Shown: positions 28,739-32,491 of the stretch, piece after piece
How the letters are laid out: each line of letters starts with the position of its first letter
Numbering within the stretch: position 1 is the stretch's first letter
Origin: Prochlorococcus sp. AG-355-B18
GTDB taxonomy: Bacteria > Cyanobacteriota > Cyanobacteriia > PCC-6307 > Cyanobiaceae
Reading direction: 5' to 3'
Assembly: GCA_003280965.1 (NCBI GenBank)
Contig: QCDI01000013.1
Coordinates: 1-32,491 of the forward strand
DNA length: 32,491 nucleotides
Notes under the pieces: generated by a model
What the model was told of the DNA's origin: nothing
What the model saw: the letters and a program-made list of their open reading frames with translations, nothing else
The model's database searches: none
Position numbers and translations under genes: made by a program

Positions 28739-29410
28739 CTAGGGGTTCTTCACAAAAAGTTTTGCTATTTTCAAATCTATAGGGGATGTAATTTTAATAT
28801 TTGAATAAGTTCCTTCAATTATCTTCACTTTCCAATTAAGCATTTCGAATAGTGAGGCATCATCTGTGACTTTCCAGTTTTTATCAATAGCCATCTTATG
28901 AGCTTTTTTTAATCTATCTACTAAAAAGCCCTGAGGAGTTTGCGCTGCCCATAAATAATTTCTATCTGGTGTTTCTTTAATAAAACCTTCATTATCAACA
29001 ATCTTTATTGTGTCAGTTACCTTAGTTGCCAAAATTACGGCTTCATTTTCATCTAATTGCTTGGCACAAAGGTCTATCAATTCAGGATTAATTAGACATC
29101 TAGCACCATCATGTATTAAAACTTTTTCAGCATCTTTTGGCAATGCATTTAAACCATTAAAAACTGACTGTTGTCTGGTGTCACCACCATTAATCCAATG
29201 AACTTTATGGGCAAAATCCTTTGCTGAATTTAATAATAAATTTTTATCTTTCGGTTGCCCAATTATTCCAACCCAGTTTGTTGAGCTTGCTGAAAATACA
29301 GATTTAAGTGTCCAATAAATCAAAGACTCTCCCTCTAAATCAATAAGTAATTTATTTTTTCCAGCTTTCATTCTGCTACCACTCCCTGCAGCTGGTATTA
29401 AAAAGTGCAC
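28739..29410 (-). CDS. ispD: 2-C-methyl-D-erythritol 4-phosphate cytidylyltransferase
   Basis: AAGSGSRM, GGDTRQQSV, LIHDGARC, AQTPQ, TDDASL and NIKIT; GTG start. Confidence 0.96.
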   Translation of the reverse strand: MHFLIPAAGSGSRMKAGKNKLLIDLEGESLIYWTLKSVFSASSTNWVGIIGQPKDKNLLLNSAKDFAHKVHWINGGDTRQQSVFNGLNALPKDAEKVLIHDGARCLINPELIDLCAKQLDENEAVILATKVTDTIKIVDNEGFIKETPDRNYLWAAQTPQGFLVDRLKKAHKMAIDKNWKVTDDASLFEMLNWKVKIIEGTYSNIKITSPIDLKIAKLFVKNP

Positions 29411-29502
29411 AATAGAAGGTCTTAATATTTTCTAGACAATTATAAATAAAAGCAATATCTTTACACAAATAGTACTACGATTGAAAATTATAAAATTTCA
29501 TA

Positions 29503-30252
29503 ATGTCCAATACAGATTCATTATCAGGCAAAGTTGCTTTAGTTACTGGAGCAAGCAGAGGAATTGGTAAAGAAATTGCTTTAGATCTAAGCCGCTTAGG
29601 AGCAGAAGTTTTTATTAACTACTCTTCTTCTGATGAAAAAGCTGAAGAAGTTGTAAATTCAATAAAAAATTCGGGAGGTAAAGCTCATAAATTAAAATTC
29701 GATGTTTCACAAGAGGATTCTGTCAGTTTAGCTTTTGAAGAAATAATCAAAATTAATGGCACCATTGATATCCTTATTAACAACGCTGGCATTACTAGAG
29801 ATGGATTGTTGATGAGAATGAAATCGGACCAATGGGATGACGTACTAAATACAAACTTAAAAGGAGTTTTTCTGTGTACAAAATATGCTTCAAAATTTAT
29901 GATGAAAAAAAGAAGTGGTAGCATCGTAAATATTTCATCTGTTGTTGGAATCATTGGTAATCCCGGTCAAGCAAATTATTCTGCTGCCAAAGCTGGAGTT
30001 ATTGGATTTACCAAAACTTGCGCTAAAGAATTTGCTTTAAGAGGTATAAACGTAAATGCAATAGCTCCAGGTTTCATAGAGACTGAGATGACTGAAAAAC
30101 TTAATACTGAAGAGATACTAAAAGTGATTCCTCTAGGGAAATTAGGAAGTTGTACTCAAATTGCAAACTTAGTGTCATTCTTAGTTTCAAGTAATGCAGG
30201 AAGTTACATTACAGGGCAAACAATAAGTATAGACGGAGGTATGAGTATTTAA
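29503..30252 (+). CDS. fabG: 3-oxoacyl-ACP reductase
   Basis: TGASRGIG, NNAGITRD, GNPGQANYSAAK and ITGQTISIDGG. Confidence 0.95.
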   Translation: MSNTDSLSGKVALVTGASRGIGKEIALDLSRLGAEVFINYSSSDEKAEEVVNSIKNSGGKAHKLKFDVSQEDSVSLAFEEIIKINGTIDILINNAGITRDGLLMRMKSDQWDDVLNTNLKGVFLCTKYASKFMMKKRSGSIVNISSVVGIIGNPGQANYSAAKAGVIGFTKTCAKEFALRGINVNAIAPGFIETEMTEKLNTEEILKVIPLGKLGSCTQIANLVSFLVSSNAGSYITGQTISIDGGMSI

Positions 30253-30432
30253 TTATGTACTTTCATAAGGCTGGCCCAATTCATCTCTTAACCTTCTAAT
30301 TTTTTGTAAAAGTTTAAGTCTTCGGCTTCTAGCAGTTAATGTCAAGAAAAATCTTAAAGGAAAGTATATTAGTGTCATAGCAATCGCGAGAATTGCGGTA
30401 AGAGTAAAAATAAGATTATTTGTTTCTTCCAT
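30253..30432 (-). CDS. Small single-pass membrane protein, 59 aa; not in the ORF track
   Basis: Hand translation MEETNNLIFTLTAILAIAMTLIYFPLRFFLTLTARSRRLKLLQKIRRLRDELGQPYEST. Its stop abuts the fabG stop and it fills the gap. Confidence 0.75.
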   Translation of the reverse strand: MEETNNLIFTLTAILAIAMTLIYFPLRFFLTLTARSRRLKLLQKIRRLRDELGQPYEST

Positions 30433-30482
30433 ATCTTAAAGATACTCTTATTTGAGTTAATTTGTATGTCTCATTAAAAGAA

Positions 30483-30498
30483 ATTCGGCTTTCCCCAC
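30483..30498 (+). promoter_or_regulatory. K-box-like heat-shock element upstream of groEL2
   Basis: ATTCGG-CTTT-CCCCAC versus the cyanobacterial K-box GTTCGG-NNAN-CCNNAC (2 mismatches). Candidate -10 TAGAAT at 30537-30542. Confidence 0.5.
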
Positions 30499-30563
30499 TT
30501 AATTAAATATCCCTTAAAAATGATTCTATGGGAGATTAGAATAAGAACAAAGATCGAGTAAAC

Positions 30564-32491
30564 ATGGCTAAACAGTTAAGTTTTTCTAATGAATCAAGAG
30601 AAGCGCTAGAAAAAGGTGTGAATTTCGTTGCTAATGCAGTAAAAGTTACTATTGGGCCAAAAGCAAAAAATGTTGTAATAGAAAAGAAATTTGGTTCGCC
30701 AGATATAGTTAGAGATGGATCTACAGTTGCTAAAGAGATCGAAATTGAAAACCCTATTTCCAATTTAGGTGCGAAATTAATAGAACAAGTTGCATCCAAG
30801 ACAAAAGAGAGTGCTGGTGATGGGACAACAACAGCAACTATTTTGACTCAGAAGATGGTTCAGGAGGGGTTAAAAAATATTGCTTCTGGTGCCAATCCTA
30901 TGGAGTTAAAAAAAGGTATGGAGGCAGGCCTAGCTTTTGTTTTAGAAAAATTAAGTTCCAAAAGTATTTCATTAAGTCATTCTGATATACAAAAAGTTGC
31001 AACAGTTAGTGCTGGGGGTGATGAAGAAATTGGATCTATAATTTCTAAGGCAATAGATATTGTTACTTCTGATGGTGTAATAACTGTTGAAGAATCTCAA
31101 TCACTAGAGACAGAATTAGACGTAACTGAAGGAATGTCTTTTGATAGAGGTTATAGTTCTCCATATTTCGTAACAGACCAAGAAAGACAAGTTTGTGAAC
31201 TTGAAAACCCTAAAATATTGATAACTGATCAAAAAATCTCAACTTTAGTTGATCTTGTTCCAATACTTGAAGAAATTCAGAAGACAGGTTCACCTTTTCT
31301 AATTCTTGCTGAAGATATCGAAGGGGAAGCTTTAACCACTCTGGTTTTGAATAAGAATAGTGGGGTTTTAAATGTAGCTTCCGTAAGAGCTCCTTTATTT
31401 GGAGAGAGAAGAAAAGCTGCCCTTGAAGATATTGCAATTCTTACAGGGGCGAAGTTAATAAGCGAAGATAAATCGATGTCACTTGATAAAGTATCGATTA
31501 ATGATTTAGGCAAAGCAAAAAAAATAACTATCACAAAAGATAAAACTACAATTGTTGCCTTTGAAGACACTAAAGATTTAGTTAAAGCGCGAGTAGAGAA
31601 ATTAAAGAGAGAAGTTAACATAACTGAATCAGAGTATGATCAGGATAAAATCAATGAAAGGATAGCCAAACTAGCTGGGGGAGTAGCTCTTATCAAAGTA
31701 GGAGCTGCTACAGAAACAGAGATGAAGTATAAAAAGTTGAGAATAGAGGATTCCCTTAATGCTACGAAAGCTGCTATTGAAGAGGGTGTTGTTTCTGGAG
31801 GAGGACAAACTTTAATTGAAATATCAGATGACCTTTTAAATTTAAGTCAAACATCTTCAGATGATTTAAGAACAGGGATAAATATAATTAAAGAAGCCCT
31901 TTTGGAACCCACCAAACAAATAGCAAAAAATGCTGGTTTTAATGGTGATGTAGTTGTCGCTGAAATTAAAAGACTTAACAAGGGCTTTAATGCTAATTCA
32001 GGACAATATGAGGATTTAAAAGATTCAGGAATATTAGATCCAACCAAAGTAATAAGATTAGCTCTTCAAGATTCAGTATCTATTGCAGCTATGCTCCTTA
32101 CAACAGAAGTTGCGATGGCAGACATTCCAGAACCTGAAGCCGCAGCCCCTGGAGGACCAGGTGGAGATCCCATGGGAGGAATGGGTGGCATGGGTATGCC
32201 AGGAATGGGTGGCATGGGTATGCCAGGAATGGGTGGCATGGGTATGCCAGGAATGGGTGGCATGGGTATGCCAGGAATGGGTGGCATGGGTATGCCAGGA
32301 ATGGGTGGCATGGGTATGCCAGGAATGGGTGGCATGGGTATGCCAGGAATGGGTGGCATGGGTATGCCAGGAATGGGTGGCATGGGTATGCCAGGAATGG
32401 GTGGCATGGGTATGCCAGGAATGGGTGGCATGGGTATGCCAGGAATGGGTGGCATGGGTATGCCAGGAATGGGTGGCATGGGTATGCCAGG
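30564..32491 (+). CDS. groEL: Chaperonin GroEL, stand-alone groEL2 paralogue, 3'-truncated by the window edge; not in the ORF track because no stop is reached
   Basis: [48 protein letters not shown] and GILDPTKV. No groES upstream. Confidence 0.97.
   Translation, partial: MAKQLSFSNESREALEKGVNFVANAVKVTIGPKAKNVVIEKKFGSPDIVRDGSTVAKEIEIENPISNLGAKLIEQVASKTKESAGDGTTTATILTQKMVQEGLKNIASGANPMELKKGMEAGLAFVLEKLSSKSISLSHSDIQKVATVSAGGDEEIGSIISKAIDIVTSDGVITVEESQSLETELDVTEGMSFDRGYSSPYFVTDQERQVCELENPKILITDQKISTLVDLVPILEEIQKTGSPFLILAEDIEGEALTTLVLNKNSGVLNVASVRAPLFGERRKAALEDIAILTGAKLISEDKSMSLDKVSINDLGKAKKITITKDKTTIVAFEDTKDLVKARVEKLKREVNITESEYDQDKINERIAKLAGGVALIKVGAATETEMKYKKLRIEDSLNATKAAIEEGVVSGGGQTLIEISDDLLNLSQTSSDDLRTGINIIKEALLEPTKQIAKNAGFNGDVVVAEIKRLNKGFNANSGQYEDLKDSGILDPTKVIRLALQDSVSIAAMLLTTEVAMADIPEPEAAAPGGPGGDPMGGMGGMGMPGMGGMGMPGMGGMGMPGMGGMGMPGMGGMGMPGMGGMGMPGMGGMGMPGMGGMGMPGMGGMGMPGMGGMGMPGMGGMGMPGMGGMGMPGMGGMGMP
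32178..32491 (+). repeat. Perfect 24-bp in-frame tandem repeat (GGAATGGGTGGCATGGGTATGCCA), 13 copies plus 2 nt, encoding GMGGMGMP
   Basis: Counted directly. All copies are identical and the array runs to the last base of the window. Confidence 0.98.

Noticed and set aside
1555..32047. Short shadow ORFs (e.g. 1555-1788, 2423-2629, 2792-3016, 3114-3350, 3509-3727, 5056-5283, 14250-14651, 14316-14564, 15153-15476, 17301-17492, 18907-19089, 20669-20896, 22521-22712, 23916-24146, 24604-24840, 24910-25194, 26161-26421, 26920-27186, 28486-28713, 29010-29201, 29685-29954, 30536-30799, 31210-31437, 31277-31621, 31847-32047)
   Set aside because: They are antisense or alternate-frame overlaps of well-supported genes and show no recognisable motifs.
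32066..32479. Antisense ORF (MPPIPGIP)n, 137 aa
   Set aside because: It is the reverse complement of the groEL repeat and is open only because the unit has no stop codon.
32178..32491. 24-bp repeats as a CRISPR array
   Set aside because: The repeats are contiguous with no spacers, lie in frame inside groEL, and there are no cas genes.

Overview
An AT-rich, gene-dense stretch of core genome from a marine picocyanobacterium, very likely a high-light Prochlorococcus. The evidence is the Prochlorococcus/Synechococcus hyper-conserved protein (PSHCP), an hli gene, psaF/psaJ, petC/petA, low GC and tiny or overlapping intergenic spacers. Gene order: futB-like permease (partial), flippase-like membrane protein, larC (frameshifted), two hypotheticals, xthA, hemL, SPFH protein, hypothetical, yajQ, DprA/Smf-like, Pta-N/DRTGG protein, SDR, map, PepSY-TM-like, rplS, tRNA-Trp, PSHCP, tRNA-Asp, gltX, Na+/H+ antiporter, hli, tsaD, psaF, psaJ, gmk, rqcH/NFACT, hypothetical, tatC, DUF3067, petC, petA, lgt, cobM, HTH protein, ppx, ubiA, LD-carboxypeptidase, ispD, fabG, small membrane protein, groEL2 (partial). 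I see no mobile element, CRISPR array, prophage or defence system, and I cannot support a wholly new system here. Best observations: (1) larC is split by one extra A in an A9 run immediately followed by TAG; (2) at least 13 nucleotide-perfect 24-bp repeats encode an extended GMGGMGMP tail on GroEL2 and run off the window end; (3) the tRNA-Trp/PSHCP/tRNA-Asp module has palindromes in front of both tRNAs; (4) three small genes are missing from the ORF track (hli, psaJ, a 59-aa membrane protein); (5) candidate K-box, Fur-box and bidirectional -10 elements.
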